Assembly (NCBI GenBank): GCA_008125075.1
Contig: VLTH01000002.1
Span: forward strand, 1,307,965-1,371,964
DNA from: Acetivibrio alkalicellulosi
GTDB taxonomy: Bacteria; Bacillota; Clostridia; Acetivibrionales; Acetivibrionaceae
Length of the DNA stretch: 64,000 bases
Reading direction: 5' to 3'
Within the stretch, counting starts at the first letter, position 1, and every line of letters begins with the position of its first letter. Position numbers and translations under genes: made by a program. Below, piece by piece: positions 46,116-56,818 of this stretch. The notes beneath the pieces are model-generated. The model did not search any database. It was given only the letters and a program-made list of their open reading frames with translations, and was not told the DNA's origin.

Positions 46116-48788
46116 ATGGCTGATAAAATCAATTGGCATTCTATTTCTATTGAAAAAGTCCTTGAAAAACTTGATACATCTGATAATGGTTTGTCACAAA
46201 ATGAGATCAAAAGCCGTCTAGAAAAACATGGTTATAATAAGCTACCAGAAGCAAAAAAGTCTAATTTGTTTATGAGATTTATTGTTCATTTTAACAATGC
46301 ATTAATCTATGTGTTAGTTATTGCAGCAATTATAACAGCTTTAATGGATCACTGGATTGACACCTGGGTAATTCTTGGCGTAGTTGTTATAAATGCTATA
46401 ATTGGCTTTGTGCAAGAAGGTAAAGCAGAAAAAGCACTTGAAGGCATTAAACATATGCTTTCATTAAAAGCAACTGTATACAGAGATGGTAAGAGGGAAG
46501 AAATTGAGGCAGAAAATATTGTACCTGGTGATATTATTCTACTTACTTCTGGTGATAAGATTCCAGCAGATTTGCGCATATTAAGTGCTAGTAATTTAAA
46601 AGTAGAGGAATCGCCTCTTACAGGAGAGTCAACTGCAGTTACAAAAACTCCCCAACCAGTTAATGAAGAATCCGTTTTAGGTGACAGGGTAAGTATGGCA
46701 TATTCAGGAACAACTGTAAGGCACGGTAGTGGAAAAGGAGTTGTTGTTGCAACTGGAAGCAAAACGGAACTTGGTAAAATTAATGAGATGATTTCACAAG
46801 CACAAGAGATTACTACTCCTTTAATCAAGCAAATGAATAATTTTGCCAAATGGCTCTCTATCATAATAATCGGATTATCTGCTTTGTTTTTTGCCTTTGG
46901 ATACTTAATGCGTGATTATGATATAAGTGAGCTATTTTTAATTACTATTGGCCTTGCTGTTGCAGCTATACCTGAAGGTTTGCCTGCTGTGCTAACAATT
47001 ACACTTGCTATTGGTGTTCAGAGAATGGCAAAGCGAAATGCCATTATTAGAAATTTGCCATCAGTTGAAACATTAGGATCTGTTTCTGTTATTTGCTCCG
47101 ACAAAACAGGTACACTAACTAAAAATGAAATGACTGCAAAATCTATAATAACAATTGATAATCAATTTGAAGTTGAAGGTTCAGGTTATGCACCAGAAGG
47201 AAAAATCAAAAAAGATAGTACTGACGTAGAAATAAACAATGACCCAGTATTACAAAAGCTTCTTCAAACAATGTGGCTTTGTAATAACTCAGGAATTTTA
47301 AAAAACGAGGAAGGTCATTGGGATGTATCAGGTTATCCTACAGAAGGAGCTCTAATAACTTTAGGATATAAGGCTGGATTAAAAGGTCTTAAAGCTAAAC
47401 GCCTTGCAAGTATTCCTTTTGATTCCGAGTATAAATACATGGCAACTTTAGATGATTTAGAAGGCAAACGATTTATCTTTTTAAAGGGAGCACCAGATAG
47501 ATTACTTGATTTATGTAAAGTCCAGCTTTCAAATGATGGTGAAAAACCCATTGACAAAAAACTCTGGGCTGAAAAAATGGATATGATTGCCAAAAAAGGT
47601 CAAAGAATGATCGGTGCAGCATTTTGTAATGTTGATTCTGAAACTGAAAGTTTAAGCCATGATAATATTAAAGAAAATATGATATTTTTAGGTGTTGTAG
47701 GTATTATTGATCCGCCTCGCCCTGAAGCTATTGAAGCAATACGTGAATGCACTGAAGCAGGAATTAGAGTTAAAATGATTACCGGAGATCATGCTGGAAC
47801 TGCTAAATCAATTGGAAAAGAAATGGGTATTTGCGACGGCAACAAAGCAATTACTGGTGTAGAATTAGAAAAAATGACAGACGAAGAAATGAAAAAAGCC
47901 GTGGATGAATATGATATTTTTGCCCGTACAAGCCCTGAACACAAGCTACGTCTTGTAAAAGCCCTTCAGTCTAATGGAAAGATTTGTGCTATGACTGGTG
48001 ATGGTGTAAATGATGCACCTGCCTTAAAACAGGCTGATGTAGGAATTGCTATGGGAATTAAGGGAACGGAAGTAACCAAGGATTCTGCTTCTATGGTTCT
48101 TGCCGATGATAACTTTGCATCCATTGTAAATGCAGTAGAAGAAGGTCGTACTATATACGATAATCTTAAAAAAGCTATATTGTTTATTCTACCCACAAAT
48201 GGTGCAGAAGCTCTTGTGCTTATTATGGGACTTATTTTAGGAATAGCAATACCAATTACCCCTGTTCAAATTCTTTGGGTCAACATGGTTACCGCAGTAA
48301 CTCTTGCTCTTGCTCTATCTTTTGAGCCAATGGAAAGCAAAACAATGAAACTGCCCCCTAGAAACCCTAAAGAATCTATTTTAAACACCTACTTTTTGTG
48401 GCGAATTATATTTGTATCAGTACTTATAGGAAGTTTGGTTTTTCTAGTTTTTATGTATTTTAAAAATCAAGGTTATTCTATCGAAATAACACAGACAGTA
48501 CTTATAAACACTCTTGTAGCAGGTCAAATGTTTTATCTTTTTAACTGTCGTAAAATACATGAGCCTGCATTTTCAAAAGGCTTTTTTGAAAACAGAATTG
48601 TGTTTTTAGTAAGTCTAATATTAATATTTTTACAGTTAATCTTTACTTACGTTCCTTTTATGAACAATACTTTTGGAACTTATCCAATAGCCTTAGAATA
48701 TTGGATTTATCCTCTTTTAGCAGGTGTGGCAGTATTTTTAGCAGTTGAACTAGAAAAAATTATTGTAAATGGTGTTTTTAAAAAGTGA
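46116..48788 (+). CDS. P-type cation-transporting ATPase (PMCA/SERCA-like Ca2+ or related type-II P-type ATPase).
   Basis: The phosphorylation motif SDKTGTLT and the hinge MTGDGVNDAPALK are present, with 10 transmembrane helices. Start placed at the ATG at 46116 (AAAGGTGG RBS). Confidence 0.9.
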   Translation: MADKINWHSISIEKVLEKLDTSDNGLSQNEIKSRLEKHGYNKLPEAKKSNLFMRFIVHFNNALIYVLVIAAIITALMDHWIDTWVILGVVVINAIIGFVQEGKAEKALEGIKHMLSLKATVYRDGKREEIEAENIVPGDIILLTSGDKIPADLRILSASNLKVEESPLTGESTAVTKTPQPVNEESVLGDRVSMAYSGTTVRHGSGKGVVVATGSKTELGKINEMISQAQEITTPLIKQMNNFAKWLSIIIIGLSALFFAFGYLMRDYDISELFLITIGLAVAAIPEGLPAVLTITLAIGVQRMAKRNAIIRNLPSVETLGSVSVICSDKTGTLTKNEMTAKSIITIDNQFEVEGSGYAPEGKIKKDSTDVEINNDPVLQKLLQTMWLCNNSGILKNEEGHWDVSGYPTEGALITLGYKAGLKGLKAKRLASIPFDSEYKYMATLDDLEGKRFIFLKGAPDRLLDLCKVQLSNDGEKPIDKKLWAEKMDMIAKKGQRMIGAAFCNVDSETESLSHDNIKENMIFLGVVGIIDPPRPEAIEAIRECTEAGIRVKMITGDHAGTAKSIGKEMGICDGNKAITGVELEKMTDEEMKKAVDEYDIFARTSPEHKLRLVKALQSNGKICAMTGDGVNDAPALKQADVGIAMGIKGTEVTKDSASMVLADDNFASIVNAVEEGRTIYDNLKKAILFILPTNGAEALVLIMGLILGIAIPITPVQILWVNMVTAVTLALALSFEPMESKTMKLPPRNPKESILNTYFLWRIIFVSVLIGSLVFLVFMYFKNQGYSIEITQTVLINTLVAGQMFYLFNCRKIHEPAFSKGFFENRIVFLVSLILIFLQLIFTYVPFMNNTFGTYPIALEYWIYPLLAGVAVFLAVELEKIIVNGVFKK

Positions 48789-48802
48789 GAGTATTAGAGC
48801 TT

Positions 48803-48852
48803 ATGGCATCGTGCCTTACCCATTTTAAGTCTTTCACTTGGTTCCAAAACTT
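48803..48852 (-). repeat. R1-D element in reverse orientation, immediately 3' of the P-type ATPase gene.
   Basis: The reverse complement reads gttttggaaccaagtgaaagacttaaaatgggtaaggcacgatgcc, which matches the R1 core. The second hairpin is altered. Confidence 0.6.
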
Positions 48853-48857
48853 CTAAT

Positions 48858-48890
48858 AAAAAAAAGTGGTATAAAACCACTTTTTTTTAT
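48858..48890. terminator. Bidirectional rho-independent terminator between the convergent P-type ATPase and PPK2 genes.
   Basis: The sequence aaaaaaagtggtataaaaccacttttttttat is a stem flanked by A-runs and T-runs on both sides. Confidence 0.8.
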
Positions 48891-48899
48891 CTTAATTTA

Positions 48900-49760
48900 C
48901 TAGCTATCTAATAATAATTCCCTATACTTTTGAAGATTACTACCTGTTTCCTCATCAATTTTAGGAAAATCTATATCCAATTCTTCCATTACACTGACCA
49001 TTATCTCAGAAACTAAAAACCTGGCAAACCATTTTTTATCAGATGGTATCACATACCAAGGACTATATCTTGTTGCCGTATTAGCTATTGCTTCTTGATA
49101 ACAAAACTGATAATCTTCCCAAAAAGCTCTCTCTTTTATATCGGCTTCAGAAAACTTCCAGTTTTTATGCTCATTATCTATACGTGAAATTAATCTATTC
49201 TTTTGTTCATCTTTCGAAATATGAAGGAAAAACTTCACAGTAATAATTCCATTTTCTTGTAAGTACCTTTCATAATCACGTATTTGTCTAAATCTCACCT
49301 TCCACAAATCTTTACCTATAAGTGACTCTGGTATAAGTTGATCTTTAACAATATCATGAACCCTTGCAACAAGTACTTCTTCATAATATGATCTATTAAA
49401 TATACCTATGTGTCCTCTCTCTGGTAATGCTTTATTGTGTCTCCAAAGGTAATCGTGATTAAGTTCTTCTTCAGTAGGTTTTTTAAAACTTTTAACACTA
49501 ACACCTTGAGGATTAAGACCTGTCATCACATGTCTTATAGCCCCATCCTTTCCTGCTGTATCCATTGCTTGAAATATAACCAGTATAGAATACTTACTGT
49601 GTGCATATAATTTGTTTTGCAATTCAAACATCTTTTTTTTGTTCTTTTCCATAAGGGATAATGCTTTTTCTTTTGACATATCACCTCCAAACAGAGTATC
49701 AAAATGAGATAAATCAAAATTTTTAGAATTTCTAACCCTGTATTTCTTAATATCCAACAT
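48900..49760 (-). CDS. ppk2: Polyphosphate kinase 2 family protein (PPK2; polyphosphate:nucleotide phosphotransferase).
   Basis: Walker A VIFQAMDTAGKDG is PPK2-type. Size is 286 aa. AAGGAGGG RBS. Confidence 0.85.
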   Translation of the reverse strand: MLDIKKYRVRNSKNFDLSHFDTLFGGDMSKEKALSLMEKNKKKMFELQNKLYAHSKYSILVIFQAMDTAGKDGAIRHVMTGLNPQGVSVKSFKKPTEEELNHDYLWRHNKALPERGHIGIFNRSYYEEVLVARVHDIVKDQLIPESLIGKDLWKVRFRQIRDYERYLQENGIITVKFFLHISKDEQKNRLISRIDNEHKNWKFSEADIKERAFWEDYQFCYQEAIANTATRYSPWYVIPSDKKWFARFLVSEIMVSVMEELDIDFPKIDEETGSNLQKYRELLLDS

Positions 49761-50000
49761 ATTATATCCCTCCTTTTAGATGTGCTAGATAGTATTACGT
49801 TGTAAAAATTAACAGGCGCATGCATAAAAACATTAATTTCTGTTATACTTTCTACTTTATGTCAACCAGCTTTATGATCATGAATGACTTATTCTAAAAA
49901 ATATATTTAGTGCAAAGTACTAGTATATCCTTTTTTATTTGTATTATATAATTTTACCACAAAAATATTTATTTTGTTACAATTTTTTTGAAAGATTTAT

Positions 50001-50036
50001 AAAAGAGAGGGGGCAATGCCCCCTCTCTTTTATTTA
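50001..50036. terminator. Bidirectional terminator (gagagggggcaatgccccctctc) between the PPK2 start region and the xylanase 3' end.
   Basis: GC-rich 10-bp stem flanked by A-runs and T-runs on both sides. Confidence 0.75.
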
Positions 50037-50083
50037 AAGAATTAGTTTTACCAACCCTTTTTAATTTGTACCGTTATATTTTA

Positions 50084-52177
<2,094 letters not shown>

Positions 52178-52487
52178 TTATAATAAATTTATATATTACA
52201 CCACAAAAACATATTAACATAATATGTCATTTGCGAAGTAATTGCAAAAAATTACAGCAGAGTTGAATATTCCTTTATATTTTGAGGTTTTTAATTTACT
52301 TTCTAATCGCTTCATTTTATAATACGAAAACATCATAAATTTTAAGATGGTATTTTAAAAAATTTTTTTAATCTTTGAAATTTTTTTTGCAAATGGATTT
52401 TTACTAATTAATTTTAGTAAAGCATGAAGTGTCTACGTTCGTGTATTTTTTATTTAAATTAAATATTCAAATTCGACATAATTATAT

Positions 52488-52605
52488 CATATCGCAGCGG
52501 AAGCTGCAATCATAGTAGTTAAGTTCCGCTGCGATAAACAGAGGAACTATATCTTCTAAAAAGTTTGCTAAAAAAGCAAACTTTTTGAGAAGAATAGTAT
52601 ATATC
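52488..52605 (+). repeat. R4-a: a 118-bp repeat with two perfect hairpins (atcgcagcggaa...ttccgctgcgat and aaaaagtttgc...gcaaacttttt). It is about 97% identical to the copy at 61823-61940.
   Basis: The near-identical copy is visible directly. It sits 320-440 bp upstream of the xylanase start. Confidence 0.85.
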
Positions 52606-52673
52606 AGACTCTGTCATCAATAAAAAGTAGCTAAAAAATTAAAATTAATACCAGGCCTAACAGCATGACATGA

Positions 52674-52765
52674 GTGGATATTATTTAAGTGAAGAAAAAT
52701 ATGGAAGAAAGGCTTCTAATGCGACAGGATAGGGTGAGCATCCTGCCTGACATATTTCAATTGAT
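52674..52765 (+). repeat. R3-b: a truncated copy of the R3 element (left inverted repeat plus part of the interior).
   Basis: The sequence gtggatattatttaagtgaagaaaaatatggaagaaa...taatgcgacaggatagggtgagcat parallels 25255-25345. Confidence 0.65.
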
Positions 52766-52822
52766 TTTTAATCTTTTATATGATAAAATTTTTATTATTC
52801 ACTTGGAGGTGATAACAAGGTT

Positions 52823-52951
52823 ATGGATTCTAGAATTTTTATCTATTTATTTTCTGCAATAGCTGTTTTAGGTGTTTCGTTTTTTTTAATGATCCGTTCT
52901 GCAGACAAAAAACTTAAAGAATTAAAACCAAAAGCAAAAAAAAAGCGGTAA
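52823..52951 (+). CDS. Possible small (42 aa) single-pass membrane protein.
   Basis: GGAGGTGA RBS 9 nt upstream of the ATG. Translation: MDSRIFIYLFSAIAVLGVSFFLMIRSADKKLKELKPKAKKKR, a transmembrane helix followed by a basic tail. Not in the ORF track because it is shorter than 60 aa. Confidence 0.35.
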   Translation: MDSRIFIYLFSAIAVLGVSFFLMIRSADKKLKELKPKAKKKR

Positions 52952-53263
52952 TTGAAAGGCTATTTTGTTTTAGTAAAAAAGCTATGCTAATAAGTGAATA
53001 TTTTTAAAAAGCTTAAGAATTAGCATCTTAAGCTTTTTATACTTTAATGCTTTGAAATTATAGTGTATCCTACAGTTCTTAATATTTTCATATTTGACTA
53101 TAAGAAATCTTGATATAAATTTCTTTAGGTGGTATAATTTTTATATAAGACATCCAATATAGCTTATCTGTTGCGTGTAGTTCCTATCTTAGGCTGGTAA
53201 TATATAAAAAATAGTCAATTATATATATTTACATAAAGCATTTTTTTTATTGGGGGGAGTTTT

Positions 53264-53464
53264 ATGAGTTCATCTCAACACAGCAAAAAGCTGATTACAA
53301 AATTCAATCAGATTCAGGAAGAAATTTTAAAGATAGGTTGGAACGGTATAATTCAAAAATATCATCCAGATATGAATTGTGAAAATCCTGAATCAGCAAA
53401 ATTATTTAAGATGTATAAAAGTATTTACGAAAACATGAAAAAACGTGTTTTAGTGGATAACTAA
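53264..53464 (+). CDS. Stand-alone small J-domain protein (66 aa, DnaJ-like HPD motif).
   Basis: GGGGGGAG RBS. KYHPDMN...AKLFKMYKSIYENM matches J-domain helix II, the HPD motif and helix III. No other domain is present. Confidence 0.55.
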   Translation: MSSSQHSKKLITKFNQIQEEILKIGWNGIIQKYHPDMNCENPESAKLFKMYKSIYENMKKRVLVDN

Positions 53465-53468
53465 TTAA

Positions 53469-53556
53469 GGATTAGCTGAAATATTACTTCCACTTTTCAC
53501 AGAGCCTATTTGGCATCAAATAAGGCCTGTAGTGAAAAACTATTTTCAGAAATTCT
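53469..53556 (-). repeat. R2-d: an R2 MITE-like element in reverse orientation.
   Basis: The reverse complement reads gaatttctgaaaatag...acaggccttatttgatgccaaatagg...gtggaagtaatatttcagc, which matches the R2 consensus. Confidence 0.75.
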
Positions 53557-53583
53557 AAGGAGCAACAAGCTCCTTTTTTTATT
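53557..53583 (+). terminator. Rho-independent terminator (ggagcaacaagctcc followed by 7 T) for the J-domain gene.
   Basis: Stem-loop followed by a T-run, seen directly. Confidence 0.7.
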
Positions 53584-53584
53584 A

Positions 53585-53712
53585 AAAGCCTTGGAGCGAA
53601 GTGAAAGGCTTAAAATCGATGGGCTCGATGCCCTGAGATTTTCTTAGTAAAAGCCTTGGAGCGAAGTTAAACTATAAAAAGTGTGGGGCTCAATGCCACC
53701 ACACTTCTGTTC
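53585..53712 (+). repeat. R1-C and R1-C': two tandem R1 copies. The first carries compensatory changes in hairpin 1 (aagcctt/aaggctt). The second ends in an 11-bp hairpin, gtgtggggc/gccaccacac, which serves as a terminator for the convergent nfeD gene.
   Basis: The first copy reads ccttggagcgaagtgaaaggcttaaaatcgatgggctcgatgccctg. In the second copy the element is repeated with the stem swapped. Confidence 0.7.
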
Positions 53713-53736
53713 TTAAATGTCATAAAGTTTAATTGT

Positions 53737-55050
53737 TTAATTCTCATTTATTTTACCCACTACAATTCTTGCACCTTCAACTCTTAAAACTTCAATATCC
53801 GTATCCTTTGGCAAAAACTCACCATCAGTAACTGCATCTACTCTCTTGTCATCAATTAAAATAGTACCTGCTGGTCTCAGAGTAGTAATGGTCTTGCCTT
53901 TTTTACCTGTTAGATATTCATTTCCTTTAACATTTACATATCCGTTTTCAACTGTTTCGGCTTCAGATAATACCAATCGTTTAAATAAATTTGTCTTTTT
54001 ACTAATAATTTTAAATAATATTGGTATAATAATTATAGATACTAATATAGCAATACCTAAAGACGAAATCCCCTGTGTCCAATCAGGTGCTGCTAGTACT
54101 ACACTTACAACCATAGATGCAATCCCCCCTATTCCTAATACTCCAAATCCAGGCATAATTATTTCAGCAACCAACAAACCTAAACCTAAAATAAACAAAA
54201 TCATTGGCCACCACTGAGTATAGCCAGCTATCATATTTCCTCCAAAATAAAGAGTAAAACATGTTATTCCCACAATACCTGCTGCCCCAAATCCTGATGT
54301 TGATATTTCTACAAAAATAGCAATTGTCCCAATACTTAAAAGAATTGAAGCAACAGCATAACTAGTTAAAAACTGAGCAATCCTCATGCTTAATGATAAT
54401 GATTTTTCTACTACAATTACATCTGACCAGTCCATAAAATCAAGAATCTCTTGTCTTGTAGAAAATATTTCGTCTGCATAACCATACTCCTTAGCATCCG
54501 ATGCTTTCATGGACAAAATCTCTCCTTTTCCTACTAAGCCCTCTATTTCTATGTTTTTGTCAACCATAGCTTCGGCAATTTTAGGGTCTCTTCCCCTTGC
54601 ATCGGCAGTAGCTCCAAATTCGCCCCTTACAAATGCAACTGTTTTTTCATCAAAAGGTCTTGGTTCTGCGGCACCAATTTGACTTGCTGGAGCCATAATA
54701 ATGGTTTCCGCAGCTATTGTAATCAATGCTCCTGCCGATATAGCTCTTTCCTGAACATACACTACTACCGGTATGTCTGAGTTAATTATTGAATTTTTCA
54801 TAGATAAAGCTGAATCAACTCTTCCCCCAAGCGTCGACATTTCAATTATTATTCCCTGTGCTCCACTTATATTGGCATTAGTAATCTCTTCTGCCAAAAA
54901 AGCTGCCATAGTTGGAGTAATTTCATCCTTAACTGGTATTATATATACAACATTACCTGAACCAGCAAACCCAATTGGTATAAAGGATGCGACTAACCCC
55001 AAAAGAATAAAAAGAACTGCAATAATTCTACGTATAATCATAGTCATCAT
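53737..55050 (-). CDS. nfeD: Long-form NfeD: membrane-bound ClpP-class serine protease domain, transmembrane region, and a C-terminal OB-fold.
   Basis: 437 aa. The N-terminal ClpP/SppA-like fold region (GIIIEMSTLGGRV...AISAGALI) is followed by about 5 transmembrane helices and a C-terminal beta-barrel. No stomatin/SPFH gene lies next to it. Confidence 0.82.
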   Translation of the reverse strand: MMTMIIRRIIAVLFILLGLVASFIPIGFAGSGNVVYIIPVKDEITPTMAAFLAEEITNANISGAQGIIIEMSTLGGRVDSALSMKNSIINSDIPVVVYVQERAISAGALITIAAETIIMAPASQIGAAEPRPFDEKTVAFVRGEFGATADARGRDPKIAEAMVDKNIEIEGLVGKGEILSMKASDAKEYGYADEIFSTRQEILDFMDWSDVIVVEKSLSLSMRIAQFLTSYAVASILLSIGTIAIFVEISTSGFGAAGIVGITCFTLYFGGNMIAGYTQWWPMILFILGLGLLVAEIIMPGFGVLGIGGIASMVVSVVLAAPDWTQGISSLGIAILVSIIIIPILFKIISKKTNLFKRLVLSEAETVENGYVNVKGNEYLTGKKGKTITTLRPAGTILIDDKRVDAVTDGEFLPKDTDIEVLRVEGARIVVGKINEN

Positions 55051-55142
55051 TCCATTTCATATATATTTTTTTTAATCATGTAAAATACTCTAAACATATT
55101 ATATCGCAGATTTTGCAAATATTCTAGTATATATTTAGTAGT

Positions 55143-55175
55143 GTGCATATTATTTAAGTTTAGAAATTCCCCCGT
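55143..55175 (+). repeat. R3-c: a fragment of the R3 left inverted repeat.
   Basis: gtgtgcatattatttaagtttagaaattccccc. Confidence 0.5.
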
Positions 55176-55186
55176 TTAGTTTTAGT

Positions 55187-55477
55187 TCAATCTACATATA
55201 TAATCTCTGTAGTGTAGTCAAACAATTCAGCCCTTCCATCATTTTCTATGAAATTCACCATATTTGCCATCATGCTATCTGCATGGCTAGATTTATTTGA
55301 AATACATGTAATACCTATAACGGCACTTTTCCATACATCATTTAGTTCAACTTCAGCAACTGAAGCATTATATCTTGACTTTAATCTTTCAACAATACTT
55401 TTTACAATGTGCCTCTTTTCTTTTAATGAAAATGCTTTATCTATTCTAAGTATTACTTTACAGACACCAACAACCAT
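55187..55477 (-). CDS. DUF503 (YlxP-like) small protein.
   Basis: MVVGVCKVILRIDKAFSLKEKRHIVKSIVERLKSRYNASVAEVELNDVWKSAVIGI closely resembles B. subtilis YlxP-family proteins. Start placed at the ATG 5 nt after GGAGGAG; the track ORF begins at an upstream TTG. Confidence 0.7.
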   Translation of the reverse strand: MVVGVCKVILRIDKAFSLKEKRHIVKSIVERLKSRYNASVAEVELNDVWKSAVIGITCISNKSSHADSMMANMVNFIENDGRAELFDYTTEIIYVD

Positions 55478-55663
55478 ATGCTCCTCCAAAACTTAATAAA
55501 ATTTATTCACATTCTCTAATATACTACTATTTTATAAAAATTAGTTCAAAAATACAACTTTTATAGGGAGACATAAAAAGTTATGGCATTTATATAGAAA
55601 ATTAGTTTAAAACTTGATATAATATTTAATATAAACTCACTGTACCTTAAAGGAGTAATTCTA

Positions 55664-56818
55664 ATGCCAAAGATATTAGTAATTGACGATGAAAAAACCA
55701 TTCTCGAAAACATCAAATTTGTATTAGAACTCGATAATAACGAAGTTATAACTGCATCAGACAGCAAAAAAGGATTAGAAATTTTTCGAGATAATTACAT
55801 GGATATTGACGTTGTTATTACAGATATGAAAATGCCAAATTTATCAGGCATGGATATTCTTAGAGAAATAAAGAAGATTATGCCTGAGATGAGTGTCATT
55901 ATACTTACTGGCCATGGAGACCTTGAAAATGCAATTCTTGCAATGAAAGAAGGTGCATTTGAGTACTTAAAAAAACCAGTTACTGCCGATAACCTTACAA
56001 TTGCTATTAATAATGCTGTTAATAAAAAAAATCTTTTACTTGAAAATGCTCGCATTAACAAAGAACTACTAGATCACCGAAACTATCTGCAAGGTTTACA
56101 TGATTCAGCACTTAAAATTCTCATGAACATGCTTCCAAAAAAGCTCCCTACTATACCAGGATTTAATTTTGAAATTGAGTACAAAAGCTGTGATGATGTT
56201 GGTGGGGACATGTATGATGTTTGCGATATTGGAAAGTATATATGTTTTTATGTTTTTGATGTATCCAGTCATGGAATTTTAGCTTCAGTTATATCAACAA
56301 TAATTAAAAGTTTTCTTCAAAACATAGAATACAATTATAAGCAGGGAATTAATAAAAGAAGATTTCCTGAAATTGTACTAGATCTTAATTTGGAGCTTTT
56401 TTCTAATACAGCTCAAAACATATTTGCTTCTTTAGTTTTAGGTTTTATAGATAAAGAAACTAAGGTTTTATATACAGTTTCTGCTGGACACATTAACCAA
56501 TATGTTATACAAGATCAAAACTATATTACTTTAGAATCTACTGGTCCAATCCTTGGAGTTTTTGATGATGCAGCCTATAATTGCAGTGTTAATCAGTTAA
56601 ATAAAGGCGATAAAATATGGCTTTTCACTGATGGAATAATTGAAGTAACGTCAAAAGATAAGATATATGGCGAACAAAACATGCTTAATCTTCTTAATAG
56701 CTGCAAAAACTGTACTCTCAATGGAACTATTCAAAAAATTATGAAGGTAACACAAGATTTCTCAGATGGTATTTGTTATGACGATATAACAATTTTAGGA
56801 ATAGAGGTTACAGAATAA
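55664..56818 (+). CDS. Response regulator with a receiver domain fused to a PP2C-type (SpoIIE/RsbU-like) Ser/Thr phosphatase domain.
   Basis: AAGGAG RBS. The REC domain has ILVIDDE and a phospho-acceptor Asp in VVITDMKMP. The C-terminal PP2C region reads GGDMYDV...LFTDGIIE. Confidence 0.9.
   Translation: MPKILVIDDEKTILENIKFVLELDNNEVITASDSKKGLEIFRDNYMDIDVVITDMKMPNLSGMDILREIKKIMPEMSVIILTGHGDLENAILAMKEGAFEYLKKPVTADNLTIAINNAVNKKNLLLENARINKELLDHRNYLQGLHDSALKILMNMLPKKLPTIPGFNFEIEYKSCDDVGGDMYDVCDIGKYICFYVFDVSSHGILASVISTIIKSFLQNIEYNYKQGINKRRFPEIVLDLNLELFSNTAQNIFASLVLGFIDKETKVLYTVSAGHINQYVIQDQNYITLESTGPILGVFDDAAYNCSVNQLNKGDKIWLFTDGIIEVTSKDKIYGEQNMLNLLNSCKNCTLNGTIQKIMKVTQDFSDGICYDDITILGIEVTE

Noticed and set aside
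49535-49825. 96-aa ORF overlapping the 5' end of the PPK2 gene.
   Set aside because: It sits out of frame within and upstream of ppk2, has no RBS, and nothing about it is conserved-looking. The ppk2 start with its AAGGAGGG RBS explains this region.
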